Shown piece after piece: positions 1-14,725 of a DNA stretch of 64,000 nucleotides; within the stretch, counting starts at the first letter, position 1, and each line of letters starts with the position of its first letter. Location: assembly GCA_025786725.1 (NCBI GenBank), contig JAHLTZ010000008.1, forward strand, positions 682,001 through 746,000, in the 5' to 3' direction. Both the position numbers and the translations under genes were made by a program. This DNA is from Syncephalis fuscata S228. Its lineage: Eukaryota; Fungi; Zoopagomycota. The notes below the pieces were generated by a model. It had not been told where the DNA came from and ran no database searches. It was given only the letters and a program-made list of their open reading frames with translations.

Positions 1-38
1 TAAATAACGCTATTTAACCAGTTAATCACTCATTTAAC

Positions 39-39
<1 letters not shown>

Positions 40-80
<41 letters not shown>
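40..80 (+). repeat. (ACTA)n tetranucleotide microsatellite within an intron
   Basis: About 10 tandem ctaa units just upstream of the 3' splice site at 114. Confidence 0.9.
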
Positions 81-114
81 TAATTGATTGATTGATTAAT
101 TAATTGATATCTAG

Positions 115-490
115 TTATCAATGGAAAGGCAACCCGCTATTGTATACCCAACAAGATGAAACAGCAGCTCTTTTACACAGTGCTTTATCGTCATCGTCGC
201 TTGTTCCACCGCCCTGCCCCGTATGTGGTGCACCGCGCATCTTTGAACTACAACTTATGCCTAATCTATTGAGCGCACTTGCTACCTCCACGTATCGTCA
301 ATCGAACCGTAACGATCAACACAGCGATAACGCCGACCCACTTGATATGGGCATGGAATGGGGTACTATTTTTGTATTAACTTGTGAACAGGATTGTTTC
401 AGTCGTGATAGTGCCATTGAAGATAGTGCCATTGAGGATGGAGCAGTTAGATTTCATGAGGAATTGGTTTTACTACAACACGAAATATAA
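115..490 (+). CDS. PDCD2/TSR4-like protein (PDCD2_C domain), last exon; gene starts upstream of the window
   Basis: After acceptor ctag|(114): YQWKGNPLLY...PPCPVCGAPRIFELQLMPNLL...MEWGTIFVLTCEQDC...EELVLLQHE, the typical PDCD2 C-terminal motifs. Confidence 0.88.
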
Positions 491-780
491 AGCATTTTCT
501 ATTGACTAATTCTACACTTCTATCGTTACATGTTACTGTTACATCTATTATTGTCACCATATCCAAATAAGCAAAGGATGTATCGATGGAAGGGCACGTG
601 ATATTGCTGGTCACCTTTACCCTGATCCTTTGCAGCCGTACCTTTCGTGCCCGCCTTAGGCACCATTAGTGTATTCAATATCCATAATATCTATTGTGTG
701 TGTGTGTGTGTGTGTATTTATGTGTGTAGGAGTAAGTCAGCGTTTCTTCTTTTATTACACTTTTGATTGTTTCTATTTGA

Positions 781-3122
781 ATGCTATTGGTAATGCTTGA
801 ACCAAAGGGTGGTGACGCTTTACAAAGCGACCAACAACAACAACAACAACAAGAACAACAAGAACAGCAATTACCAGAACAGAAACCACCAACAAGTCAG
901 CACAGCGATAACGAAGACAGCACTAAAGATACTACTAAAACACTTGTACCTATACTATCTTTACCGCCACCACCACCACCGTCGTTTTCACAGCCAGTAG
1001 CAGCTTTATCTCGTCGTAGTGGCCCTACGCTATCACTTGCTACAGTAACCGCCGCAGGTATTGCCGTATCACCTAGTGAAGAACACAATGACCCATTGGC
1101 GGCCGACCGATACACTCAACTATCCGATGATAGTCCAATGGGTAGTGGCTGTGTCACACCGGGCAGTCCCTCGAGTGTTTGCACTAACTTCTCAGCTACT
1201 GCTGGTCCATTGGGATTAGTGGCGGGTGGTGTGGTCACTCGGATACAAGCACTGGCCCAACGACAACCCGCTCGACCATTACGTGAAAAGGGGCTAGCCC
1301 AACGAGTGGAGGATTTAGCCGCTAGTGCTAGAGAAAATGTAGCGGGATGGAGTGCTCGGGCTCAAGTGGCCGGCAGTGAACTCGGTCTAGCTGTTGGTCA
1401 ATGGACCCGCGGATTACGTAAAGGTAAATAGGATAATATACACTACGTAACTATATTAATTGACGATTAGATGAACACCACCACCATCATCATGATAAAT
1501 CACATTTAGATGATGGATCTGAACATCATTTAAACAAGGATGAAGGCAGTGCATCGATGCCATCTACATTAAGTCATGAACATCAATTAAAAGAAGGGGT
1601 TATATTTGCTGTACCGCTCGAAGTGGCAGTCAGTGTGTCATCGATTGATGCTGACTGGCAAGTACCCGCAGTACTTATTCGATGTACAGAATTTCTTGAT
1701 GAGCACGGACTTAATGAAGTCGGTCTATATCGAATACCTGGTCGTTGGAGTGATGTCACTAGATTACGGCAACATTTTGATCGAGGATTGGATTTTGATT
1801 TATTAAATCCATCGATGGGTGAATCATATCATTTTGACGTAACTACAATTACTGCCAATACAGTAGCGACTTTATTAAAAATGTATTTACGTGAATTACC
1901 CGAATTATTATTTACACACACGCTACTGCCTTTATTTAATTCAAAATTACCTTGTTCAGCCTCTGCCGAATCAGATACCACGACTGACGAAGAATTAAAG
2001 GCGGCTGAGTCTATGCGACTTATTGCTGATCAATTACCGATGGCCAATCGACATGTACTTCATTGGATTAGTTGTCATTTACGTCGATTAGCTATGCGAT
2101 GCGAACGTAATAAAATGACCCTATCTAATTTAGGACTCATTTTCTGCCCAACACTAGGCATTAGCTCTTTATTATTTCGTATGATCGTCACGTATGTGGA
2201 GATTATTGTACCAATTGCCAATCATGACTGCGACACGAATCGACATCGACGTGAAACGGCTATTATTCGTGAGGCAGAACATCGGGAAAAGTTGGAAGAA
2301 GAAGCGGCTATTGCTGCCGTGGCATTAGCTATTGAACAAGAAAAGAATCTAGTTATAGCAAACGAAGAAGCTAAAAAGAATAGTGTCATAGTAGTAGAAC
2401 AAGAACAGATACCATCCAATACTAATAACTCATTACTAATTACTATGTTATCCAATGATACTGCTACGAACACTATAAATACGATAAATACAAATAGTAC
2501 CTCTATATTACAAGATTTAACTCTCTCTTCCTCTTCTTCTTCTTCCTCTTCTTCAAATCCACCTCCTATTCCACCGCGTCCTTTATCAAAACCTATATCA
2601 ATTAAATCGGTTAATACGAACCTACCGATATCTGCACCTATTCCCATTTCTTTATCCTCTGTACAGACACATGATTGTAAACTATTAGCCACTTCTAAAT
2701 CATCTACCTCTACACCGTCACCATCCATCCACTTAGTATCAACAACATCTACGAGTGCACCATCTACACCTCATATAGTATCAGCCTCTAGTGCGGCAAG
2801 AACACCACCTCCACTACCGCCTCGTTCACGCCGGGCATCACCTTCACCGCTATCGCTAGAGTCAACATCGAACACCATGATACCTGCCCTACCTGAATCG
2901 ATGATGACCGGTCATTATCCCATGGGACTCGTACAAATACCATTAGGTCATACTACGAGTCAAAATGGCACCTTTATTGATAGTCATGGTCAGCCACATG
3001 ATACAAGTGAACTAGCAGGTCACATTGAAGAGATGGCCGATTGTGGTCTACTAAATCTTAGTCCTCGTTTAGGTGTTCATCCAGGACGAGTAGCGCGAAC
3101 ACGTGCTCTATTTGAACACTAA
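781..3122 (+). CDS. Rho GTPase-activating protein (RhoGAP domain), 2 exons
   Basis: Intron 1424-1470 (gtaaat...gattag) joins ORF 781 in frame to ORF 1557. RhoGAP motifs: IFAVPL, VPAVLIRC, GLNEVGLYRIPG (Arg finger), TVATLLKMYLRELPE, NKMTLSNLGLIFCPTL. Pro-rich PPxxPPR tail. Confidence 0.92.
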
Positions 3123-4334
3123 ACACTAATGATTTATTCATTATAAAGTTATATTTTTTCCTATTCACTTTCACAATTGATGTTTATGGTTATTATATTA
3201 TTAATAAAAAACAACTAATCTATCATCTACCATCTAAACTATGATGGTAATCAAGGTTTTACCGATCCATTAACAAGTTGTGTGAATTAATCATTTATTG
3301 ATGATGATGGCGTATCAGTTGACATTTAATTACTTGCATTGACGCCATTCCGACTATTTAAACACCGATTTAATTATTTACACACACACATTTATTACCG
3401 ACATTGATACAGTTTTACGATAATCAACTACAATAATGATACTGTATTAATAACTGTTATAATGTGTGTTAATAATATGACCAATAATAGAAATGGTCCA
3501 TAATATAATAAATATAAGTAAACCTTTCCTTTCCTTTATATTCGTCGTACCATCTAAGCCGGTTTCCTTTCCAATCCATCTTGTCTTTGTTCTTTTTTCC
3601 TCGTCTTGTGTGACTACAAGTACGCAAGTACTCGCCTACTAATACTAATACCAATATTAAAATAGTCTATTCTACAACTATTACAACTATTAGTACCCTC
3701 ACTTTGCTTCTTATTCTGCATTCGACTCCCCTTTTATTATACACGCTTGCGTCACTTGATATTTGCATACCACGCGCTCTATTGCCACCTTTCTGGCACC
3801 GCTCTCCACAGTTCATTGCTTGTGTGCCTACGCCGTTACACTTTACACTTACGTTGCCTCTATTGGTTCTCAAATACCGTTGACCACTAGTTACACTACT
3901 TGTGTACGTCTATTGTGTTCTGGTGCGTGTTTGTGTGCTTGTGTAAGTGCTGGTTTGCGTGATCTCTCTCACTCTCTCTCTCTTATTCTGTCACCTTCAC
4001 GTGCCTTCACGGATAGTGGTCGAGACCATTAAGTGTTCTACGACGACTACTACTGCAACTATTGCTACTTCTTTCTCTTTGCCTTTTGCCCTTTCACTAC
4101 AATAGCTTACTGTTGTTATTGTGACGAAGAAGAAGAAGAAGAGTGGTGGGCTTACGTGTATACACCTAAACTTAAATAGTCCTTGGATCTAGACGACTAT
4201 TGCTATCATTATTACTATTTCTATTTCTATTACAACTACGCTATTATCATTTCATTATTACTACGGCTACTAGTGCTCTTTTTGATTTTCTTTATTGAGT
4301 TGGTTCTGCTTCAAGTATTGCATATATCTATAGC

Positions 4335-7300
4335 ATGGATAGTGAAGATCTATGGCTTTCCTTGCCCGAATCGCTTGGCGACTCAGATAACCACACGTGT
4401 TCAGGCCCTTTGGCTGGCATAACTGACACACCACCCATTGTCACTTCAACAAGCCATCAAGACGAAACAGGCGAAACCTGTTCTCCTATGATGATTGATT
4501 CAGAAACAACAACAACAGTGCTATCTTCTACGGATGGCAGTCACTCTATAAATAGTGATGACCCTATTGGTGTTGTTGACAGCAATCATGATGATCTACA
4601 ATTGATGTTGGCGGCAGCAGCAGCGGCAGCAGGTCTAACACCCAATTCACTTGCTTCTCTTGATCCGACTACTTTGGCTGTAGCTGGTATGGATGATGAT
4701 TACTGGCAGTTTATCCATTCAGATTTGATGTCTACTGAATCTATGGTACCCAATGCGCTTCAATTGTTATCTGAAGCACAATCGACGTCTAATCAGAATG
4801 ATGAAACTGTCACAATAGCAATAGTGGCCACCTATTTGATACAAGTGATAATAGTGTAGGAGAAGTACCCTTTGGTATTCCAATTAAAGCTGAACCATTA
4901 TCGCCAAATGCATTAATGGCATCGGCTGCAGTGACCGGCACACCTGATCCAATGATGGGTGCATTCTTTGACCAAACCATGCTGCCTACCTCGTTCTACA
5001 CGGCAGATATCAAACCATCGTTATTGCTCAATGGACAGGATGATATGTCGTGGATATCCAATGTGGCTAGTCTACCTACTACGGCAACACCGGCCAGTCT
5101 ATTAAATCGACCATCTTTATTGCCATTAGACGAACAACACTCGTGGCAACAACAGCAACAGCTAAATAAGCTACCCGTTGCAGCTACATCCAGTAATGTG
5201 ACTACTACTAAACGTGGCCGCAAGAAACGTGATGCGTATGCTACAGGCGTGTTTAACACACAGCTACAGCCATTAAAGCCTACACCACCGGTCTTAACTG
5301 CTACCATGCCTGTACATACCACTACTGGTGCTGTTACATCGACTAACTTGGATAGTAAACGGGTATCGAATCGAAACAAGCTGTCACAATCATCCATGGA
5401 TCAACAAAATAATGGCGATAATAGTTTAATAATAACTCCGATACAGTTAGTGGTAAACGTCAAATAAACCGTAAAGCATCCATAACTGCTACTTCAACAT
5501 CATCAGTAGCATCACCTTCTTCATCAACACATCGACATCTACATCGTCATCACCAGCATTAACAACATCGGCTATTTCAACATTAACATTACCGCCAAAG
5601 TTGGCACCCGCTCTTAACAACAACTGTAGTGGTACCAATACACCAACATCGATACGCTCATTGGCACCACCACCGTCATTGCTATTACTACATCAACGTC
5701 AATGGCTACATCATTGCCAGTCTCGACGAGTAATACATTAGCAACATCTTCATTTTCGCTGTCTTCTAAACTGAACAACGATACGTTTATGAATGGACAT
5801 GACGATAGTCAAATTGTTTATGATAAACGGCAACAGCGATTGATCAAGAATAGAGCTGCTGCTTTGATGTCACGTAAACGCAAACGTGAGCATTTGGCTT
5901 CATTGGAACAACAAGCCGAAGATTTGAAACTAGAAAACGATGAACTGCGTATTAAACTGACTGAAAAAGATGCGCGTATTTATGCGGTAGAAGAAGAACG
6001 TGACGAAGCACAACGTCAATTAGCTGAACTACAAGCCACACTAAATAGTCTTAAAGAAGAATGGGAGCGTGAACAGACCCGTAAACGCTTACAATCTATT
6101 ACCGTGGCCTCATCAGCCTGTTCTGAATTGGATGACGACGACAATGAAAGACATATTGATGATGATGTATGTGCCATGAATATAGAAAAGGAAGATGGAA
6201 TGCGTCTATATCGTGAATGTGGCACCTCCAATGAGACACGGATTATTAAATCGACATCTACAGCCGGTATGGTATTTATGGTAAGTGTTTATATTATATT
6301 TATGATATTTATTATATTTATTAATAACTATATTCGATATTAGGCTATTATTTTCTCATTTGCTTTGTTGTCCCTTCCAGTAGCACGTATTACTTTACCA
6401 TTAGGTGCAGGCACCGGTAATAGTAATGAAGGACCAGCAATTCATACTCGGTAATTAATAATGATTTATTTGATAATATTAGACTAATTGTAATAATGAT
6501 AACATATTTATATAGACCTGTATTCTCTCAAATGCCACCGTTGAATACACCATTGCCATCCAACGAGTTACATCAACAACAACAAAAGCAATCCACTTCT
6601 AAATTACGCCATGCCGATAGTGATGACGAAGACGACGAAGACAAAGATAGCGGTAATCAAAAGAAAACTACCAAAGAAACAGACAATGATGTAGAAATGA
6701 TTATGTCAGTTGTTAAATCTTCGGTATCAAATCAAGAAAGTCAACAGCATTCGATGAAAGCTGCTACAGTCATCGCGGCCATTACCGATTCAACTGTATC
6801 TTCAATGGCCAATACACGTTCTATAGCTATGACACGTCGTCGTCAACCACGTCGTCATATGCGTCGTCGTTCATCGACCAGTTCTACCAGCACTAGTACT
6901 ATTTCTATTACGGATATCCGTGAACCAAATAGTCTATCATCTGTATCTAGTTTGAATGTAGCTAAATCAGCTCCTTCTCCTTCCTCGACCACCACCACTA
7001 CTACTACCTCTACTACTAACCTATCCCCATTAAGTCAATCACGTATTGCACACGATTTATACAACTGGTTAATCCAACAAGGACCTTCCATGAATCAAGC
7101 TACATCAACTGTAGCATCGAATAAGGATATCGCCGGTTTATCTACCCATCGTGGTGCTGCCCATAGCGATAATAATAAGAACAACGACACTTATGACGAG
7201 TCTAGTCGTCATCATCATCATCGTCGTCGTCGTCGTTCTTCACAAGCTCATTTTCTATGTGACAATCTACAACAAGTAATGCCATTTGTTTCTTTACCAG

Positions 7301-7800
7301 CTACAGCTGGTGCATGGCAACCTATTGAAGAGGATCAATTGCCATCAGATGAAATAGGTCAGAAATTAAATGCATTTACGTGTATTTCACCTGGCAAGAA
7401 TGGTGCTCGTCCTCGTATTTCATTCCTATCACCGATTGAGAATCATTGTTTATCGATTCATAATCAAGATGATCATCGCTTGAGTATGACATCAAGTAAC
7501 AAGGTTAATTCACTGGTGGCCACTACTTCATCGACATCTACAAGTACACTGTCACCACCACCACCACCACAACAACAAGAGACAGAAACAAAAACTACTT
7601 TTATTCATGATGGCCCTACTGTTGATAATAGTTATAATAACATTCATGACTATATCAACCGTAATAATGGCGATAATACTAAGCATACTGATAATACTAT
7701 GGAAGAAGAAACAGATGATATAGTATCATCAGATCTACAAAGATATTTACGTATTGATGTTGAAGTATTATCCAGTCATTTGGTTGAAGGTCTGCCTTAA
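4335..7800 (+). CDS. Membrane-tethered bZIP transcription factor, ATF6/CREB3-like (apparent frameshifts in 5' half)
   Basis: bZIP KRQQRLIKNRAAALMSRKRKREHLASLEQQAEDLKLENDEL. Introns 6281-6343 and 6451-6515 give the TM segment AGMVFMAIIFSFALLSLP, followed by a long C-terminal region ending RPRISFLSP...LRIDVEVLSSHLV. Frame breaks at about 4810, 5430, 5535 and 5700. Confidence 0.82.
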
Positions 7801-8173
7801 TGTGTTTCTGTTTGTTTTTGTCTTTTGTGTGTGTGTGTGTTTGTCACATAAAATATAGTGATTATCGTTTTATTTTATTCTATTGAATATTTAAATTTAA
7901 TTATTATAATTGTTTTGTTTAGATATCATTAATTGTATCAAGTGACACTGGTTATTATATGATTATATAATAGATTAATGATTAATATTATCCTATTATT
8001 AACATGAAATAAGAAAAGTAAATAGTAAATTATACACATACACACACATATAGATATATAGATATCTTAAAGAAATGTAATAGTAGTATAATAGTAATAA
8101 ACAAATGACAATACGCGTCCACAACCTACAAACAATAACAAATATAATAATCGCAATAGTAATTATAGTAATA

Positions 8174-10123
8174 TTATAAAGTAGGTGGTGGATATTGATG
8201 ACTAAAAGTATCTGATGACAGTGATGTAGTAAACGCTTGATGTGCTGAATCCATTTGAGAACTATTTGTAGTTAGTGATGGCATTATAGTGGTGGTCTTT
8301 TCATTATGACTATCTGTTTCACCATCTTCGGTGGGTAGTGTTGAAGCAATCGATAGATTGGCTGTTGTATTCAATAAATCATCTAGTGGTGCTTCAGTTA
8401 TATCTTCATCTAGAGTAGCGCTAGAATTGTTGTTTGAAGATAGAGTGGTTGGATGTTGATCATGGGTTAATCGATCAGTGGGGTCAGTTACTGTTTCGAT
8501 AACATTATCCAATGGATTGGCATGTGCTACAGTGGCATCACTTAATAAAGCTAGAGAAGATGAAGAGGAGAGTCGTTCGTTAATATCAATAGAACTAACA
8601 GAACCAACTACAATCGTTGGTAGAGATTGCGATAGTTCAGTGGTTGTTGTTGGTAAATTGGTTGGATTTGTTATATTAATAGGTGTAGATCGATGATTGT
8701 TTAACTGATCAGATGTATTAGGTGATTCACTATGTTCGTTGGTAGTTGTATCCTCATTACTATCGGTGGATGTAGCAGTTGTTTGATCAAGTAAACTAAG
8801 TCGAATGGCTTCAGCCACCATCATTTCTTCTAAATCCACGCCCATTGTACGCATGGCTGCCATATAAGCAGTATTATTGGTAGTTGCAGATCGACGATGG
8901 CGATTTCCACTACTGTTACCATTGCTACTGTCGCTATTTGTATTGGATGTTCGATTTGTACTATTGCCCGATACAATATGTGGATCTCCTTGTGAGGCAG
9001 AAATGATACTGCCACCAACACGGCCGGCCCGTCTTCTTTCATTAATAACCGCTAGACTCGCGTTGACTAGACGACGTTGACTGCGACGTAGTAAATCTGG
9101 TCGAATTTCGTCTAATAATAAAGGTTATTATTATAATTACAAAGCATTTATATTACTTACCACTAGTAACTGCATTAATTTTACGATCAGGTGAATGTGG
9201 ATCGATATCGCCTTCAATGGGCTATAAAATGGTTTAATAATAGGTATTAGTTTAAATAGTCTGTAATGAATGAATTAAATAAACTTACCGATGAAGCACG
9301 ACTATCTAGCTTCTCATTATCCTTTGTATCTGATACAAGATAGAATTCAGCCGATGAAGGAGGCATATAAACTACGCCAAAATTAGGCTTGACACAGAAA
9401 GGACATGGTGCTGGATTAGTAATATCTGAAGCATTGCGTTTGATTTGAAGGAAGCATTCAGTGCAAATCGGCTGATGACAACAGCGGGAATAGTTGATGT
9501 TACGCGGATAATACTGTATAAATGTAAATGTTAATCGATCCATTGTTACATGTCGTGTTTTGTATAATACTTACCAAGAAGCAAATAGGACATTCAATGG
9601 CATTACGATATAGATCGGCAATGGATAAACGTATATCTGTATCACGTTGACCTCGATGGTGTCGATCTCCATTGTTTAAACCATGATTGGTTACGGCTTG
9701 TCGTCTTAAATCCGCCCTTCCATGTTGAACAGTAGAGCCTGTATCTTGTTCGTGTGTATCACCATCTCCACTGCCCGGTGAAATAGAAAACAATGCTCGT
9801 TCCATAGCTAGTGAACCACTGCGCTTTCGATGAAATCCTTCTAGACTACGTTTTTTTGCAAGACGATTGGGATTGCCATGGCTGCATGCTGTTTTGCCAC
9901 CAATTCGAACACCGTCTGTGCATAGACCGGCAATGGCGGCTATACCTTTGATTTCATCTAAATCGGCCAATCCTTTATAGAAGGGAGCAACACGTCGATC
10001 TAGCATAAGTCTACGCACCGTGCGATGATCATAGTCTTGTGCTGATTCGGAATAAAGACCGTTGGCTAACAGCGCACCACCATCAACGCAGTCTACTTCA
10101 CGTTTGCCAACGCTATTACCCAT
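8174..10123 (-). CDS. SIP5: SIP5-like protein (Snf1-interacting, RING-like zinc finger, UIM), multi-exon
   Basis: MGN N-terminus (myristoylation-type), [41 protein letters not shown]|[48 protein letters not shown]. Three short introns on the minus strand. Confidence 0.88.
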
Positions 10124-12132
10124 ATTGATGGTAAAACGGTAATAGCAGTAATATCAGATAATATATACTCGTCAATTTAAGCTATATATATATATATATA
10201 ACTAGCTAACTGGTTAATTATCTAAACAACAACAACAATAACCATATGCAATATACTTGTTAGTGGTCCATTTTAATCAGTGCATACAGTTACTATGCCA
10301 AAACAAGTTTTCTCTCCATATATAGTATGAGTGGGTAAATGGGCAATGTATGCTGCCAATATAGATGTGCGAGTTCCAAGTGTCGTACAGCAGTTTTGCT
10401 GCTTGCATACCACAACGCCTTAATGTGCAGCAACTGCAATACAACACCGGTGTCAACAACATCCACGAAAAGTAGCACTATGCTATACCAGTCTCCGCCA
10501 TCAATATTGATCACTTACATTACTGATAATGGCAATACCACGGTGGTTTTAAATACTGTTTAGTAGATGGCTGTGCAGTCACACTAATACGGTGTTGTAT
10601 TGGAAAGAGTAGTAATGGTCGGGTTAGAAACAGTATTGGTAGGGTGATCGGTGTCTACACGCGCTATTTAACCAAGCGTAATAAGCGAGTTAGACCACTG
10701 ACCGAGTAAATACGAGGAAGAAAAGAGTATGGATGGAATAGTCGTCGTAGTGGCTTGATTACCAACTGGGTGGGAATTGAGACTAGAAAAGCCAGGGAAA
10801 ATATTCGAAAAGTGTTCCAAAAGAATACTGATGATGCGATCACCACCACCACCAGTAGCGGTAAATGATAATACAGTGAGTGCGACCACCACAGTTCCTA
10901 TTCGGTTCGATAGATAGGCCGCGCTATACACGCGTTATCGCTGCTAAGGCTACCTTCTACGTAGAATTGGATAAGAGTGTTAGAGACTCGGCTATTAGAC
11001 AAAGGTCGCTACAACCACAAGTTATTGGTAAAGAAGGGCCGTGAAAATAGACTATTGGTGGTTATGCCAATTGAATTAGCGTATAGCTACTCGTATTACG
11101 TCAGAAAAAGTAATTCAAAGTATATAAACGATAGGAAAGGTAGCAATAGAGTAGTAATGACAATAGCGCAATAACGACGACGACGACGACGACGACGACG
11201 ACAAATAATCGTGGCAATGAAAGAAGGAAAGCAAATAAGCAAGCAAGTAGCAGGTCGAGTGTATGCTGGATACACGACGTCAATAGCTTCACAGGCAAAA
11301 AGAAAAGTAGAAACAAGTAAGCAAGATACGACGCAACGAAGAAAAGGAGAAGAACAAGCCGAGAAAAATACTACAAAGGAGGCCTAAGCAACAAAGAAGA
11401 GAGTATAGAAGGAAAAAGGAACTTGACAAGCGTTACTATCGTTTTCTTTCGTAGGTGAAACGAAGCTCGTCATGATGGAAACGAGAGAGAGAGGTGGCTA
11501 TTTAAATAGAATCTATTAATGTCGCTATTGTCTAAATACACTGACAATGATGCCTCGGCTTATTTGTCATGCAGAAAGATGTTCGTTTGTTCGCTTGGCA
11601 CCCTCGTCTTACTCGGTAAATACTAGTGTTATCGCTGTAGAAGCATAACTGTATTGCTCGCTTCTCCTCTCAAGTACCTTGTCGACTAGAGTGATGTCGT
11701 CTACTTGTTCTTATTCGTATTTGTACTACGTGTTGGACAGCAGGTGATCTCATCACGGTTGTTCTAAGACATGCTGATGTCGTCAGAAGACCAAAAGTGG
11801 CGCGTGTGTCAAGGCATACAATAGCCATTCATGTGATAATGAATAAAACTATTACTTATTTGATCATTGACAGATACCATTAGTGTGAGTAGTGGTTGTA
11901 GTAGTGGTTATAGTTGTAAAATAGTGCTTTTATTAGGTGATTAGTATACTATTATTCTATTCGTTTAATAGACTAGTTAATGATTAATTAATTAATAAAT
12001 AACTACTTTAATGTTATAATGCATAACTGTGTAGACTAGACTTTTAAACACTATTTTTAGACCCATCACTAATGTTAGTTTTGATTTTGGTCTGATTTTT
12101 TACATTTGTCTATTTTACACTGATTCTCCGTC

Positions 12133-13102
12133 ATGTTTCCTATTCAGCGGTCGGGTCGCGTTATAATGCGTGGTGCATTAGGCACTATAGCAACAACGCG
12201 TCCTCAGGCTACGCGTTTTCTATCTACGACAGTGGCGGTAGCTATGCCACGAAAGCGCATTGCACAAATCGAGTCAGATTATGATATTGATAACTTGGAA
12301 GAATTCCAATTTGACGATCATACTACTTTTGGTCATCATTTTCTACATCAAGTACGCGAAGTACGCGGCTATCTACGTCGGGTCAAGTATGAACTGCCAG
12401 CGCTTAAGGGTAAGTGGCGAGAAAGACTAATCTATCAATATGTGTACACTGTATATGAATACAAATATGAATATTTATTAATATACATTTATTTGTATTA
12501 TAGAACATGCTACACCATATAAGCCACCCACAGATCAGCAAATACTACGTTTCCAAACAATTACGCATATAGGCGAAGATCATCCATTAGATAAAAAGAT
12601 TGTACTAACTGTTCAATTAAACGATCTATGCCGTGTTGCGGAACTTAATGAAGATCATCGTCATAAGCTGCTATTGCTATGTGGAACACGCTATAATGCA
12701 CGCACTGGTGTCATTACCTTTGCCTCAGAGCGTTTCCCTAACCGTGCGCAAAATAAACGCTACTTATCCGATTTGTTAGATCAACTCATTGTTGAGGCCA
12801 AGGTAACGTATGCCAAGTATCCATGGCCACTGTATAATATATACATAATATAATATAATGCATCTATAATTAATCGCTCTATTTAATTTCGCAGGATGAA
12901 AAAGATTTATTTAAAGATATTCCGCTATCCGCAGTAACAAATGCCCGTCATCAACCAAAGCCTGATCTAAAGTTCCCACTTGAATGGCTACGTCCTACTA
13001 ATCCCGAGGCAGAGGCTGAAGTAGAACAATTACGCCAACGCCAAACTACCGCCCCTACTACAGATGCTCATGCCAATCATCACTCTTTTGCTGCTGCTAC
13101 TG

Positions 13103-13138
<36 letters not shown>

Positions 13139-13140
13139 AA
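12133..13140 (+). CDS. RSM24: Mitochondrial small-subunit ribosomal protein mS35 (Rsm24), 3 exons
   Basis: Arg-rich presequence, FQFDDHTTFGH..QVREVRGYLRRVKYELPAL. Introns 12410-12503 and 12803-12894. Exon 2 YKPPTDQQILRFQT..GEDHPLDKKIVLTV..HKLLLLCGTRYN..SERFPNRAQNKRYLSDLLDQLIVEAK; exon 3 DLFKDIPL. Confidence 0.88.
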
Positions 13141-14725
13141 TTCGGTATTAATAAAAATTACCTATTTTTCTAATCGGTTTGATCAAATCCACATTGACTG
13201 AGCTACTTTCCATTTATATTAAATGCATAATATTGCGTGTTTATTAGCACTGATTGGATGGATCGGAGATATTAGCCATGCTTCCCAATGGACACAATCA
13301 CACAAAAGAGGAAGAGAGCAAAACAGAAAAAATATACGAATTGAATAAAATAGTGTGTATACAGAAAGAACAAGAACCACAATAGCCATCATCATAGTTG
13401 CAAGTGTAGCAAACGGCTATTTAAGCGTGAAACTGTGTCAGTGTGATATTCTATCCATGTCAAAGATTAGCGTGTAGCAAGCGCGCCTGTTTCTTATCCA
13501 TTTGGTCATTTTGCCGTCTTTCCTTTTACTTGCTGCTACACTTGTACACCTCCGTCTTTTTTAATTTCTCGGTTTTATTATCGCCGGTTTCTCATCTGCA
13601 CTAAGAGTAACAGTCATCACAGCGTAGCTGTTATACCTTTTAGACGGAGTAAACGGACACGCACACTCAACTTGTCAGATACACATTAGTGTTGGCATTG
13701 TTTGTACTGGTAAGTGGTGTCTAGTCTAGTCATTTGGCTGTATGGTTGGCGTTTAATGCATGAATACGCGATTATTGATACCGGTCTATTGACCTGCCAT
13801 TAGTCAATGTACGGCTATTTGCTACTTTGTATTTCTATGTTGACGACACGCGTATATGTTGAATTGAACTAAACTTGTAATCATTATTTTCACGATGTAT
13901 AGTGATAAATTGAGTAGAATGACCCTAGTTGCTACTACACTTGCTATTCCTACTATGATTACTTTTGATGTTATTCTTAATCTGTATTTGATAGAGTGAA
14001 GGCATGGCCTCTTCTATAGCCGGTAGAAGGGCAGGACTGCTCTTTCCATTTAACAGATGCGATTAAATGAATGCATAGGATAGGAGCAAATAGGCGGTTT
14101 TTAAAATACTTTTCCGTGCCCATACTATCTTTGTAGGATGATATCATCGTTGTCATTATCACAATATACTTAATAATCGCTATTAATGTTATTGTTATTG
14201 TTTTTATGAACAATATAAGCTTTAATTGATTGATCATAATATTGCTACGTTATTATTAATGTCATTTATTGTGTATCATATTTATACATTGAATTCAAAC
14301 TTATTTAGTTATCAAACATACACACACACATCATTAACACCCACGTTGATTTTTCTTTTTTCTGTTTGACACACACACACACAATTTTATCACCGCCACT
14401 TATTACACTGTTGCCATTACCATTAACATATTATTTTTACCGCATTCATCTTTGTTGTTTCAGCTCAAGTAGTGTACTTGTTACTGTGGAGGTTACTTAC
14501 CGTGTCAAGTATTCTTTACATTGTTTCTCGGTTATTCTTCGACCACTGTCGTCATTGACCGTTTATCACGTGGCAGCGAGTGGCAGAGGTGACAATAACA
14601 AGTTTAACGGTTTGCTTTTCTTCTTTTTAAAAAACAAAGGCAAACCTTTTTCAAATACATACTAGTCATTACCTTGCTCGCTACTTTGTCTATCTATATA
14701 TTTATTCATCTATATTAGGCGTCAG

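Noticed and set aside
3469-4422. Short ORFs upstream of the bZIP gene
   Set aside because: Low-complexity, mostly non-ATG ORFs in a probable leader with an intron (about 3943-4332); I found no ERSE/UPRE element I could support.
10277-11316. Small ORFs upstream of SIP5 (e.g. 10668-10931, 11101-11316)
   Set aside because: Mostly non-ATG starts, microsatellite-derived sequence and no recognisable motifs; probably leader or promoter DNA.
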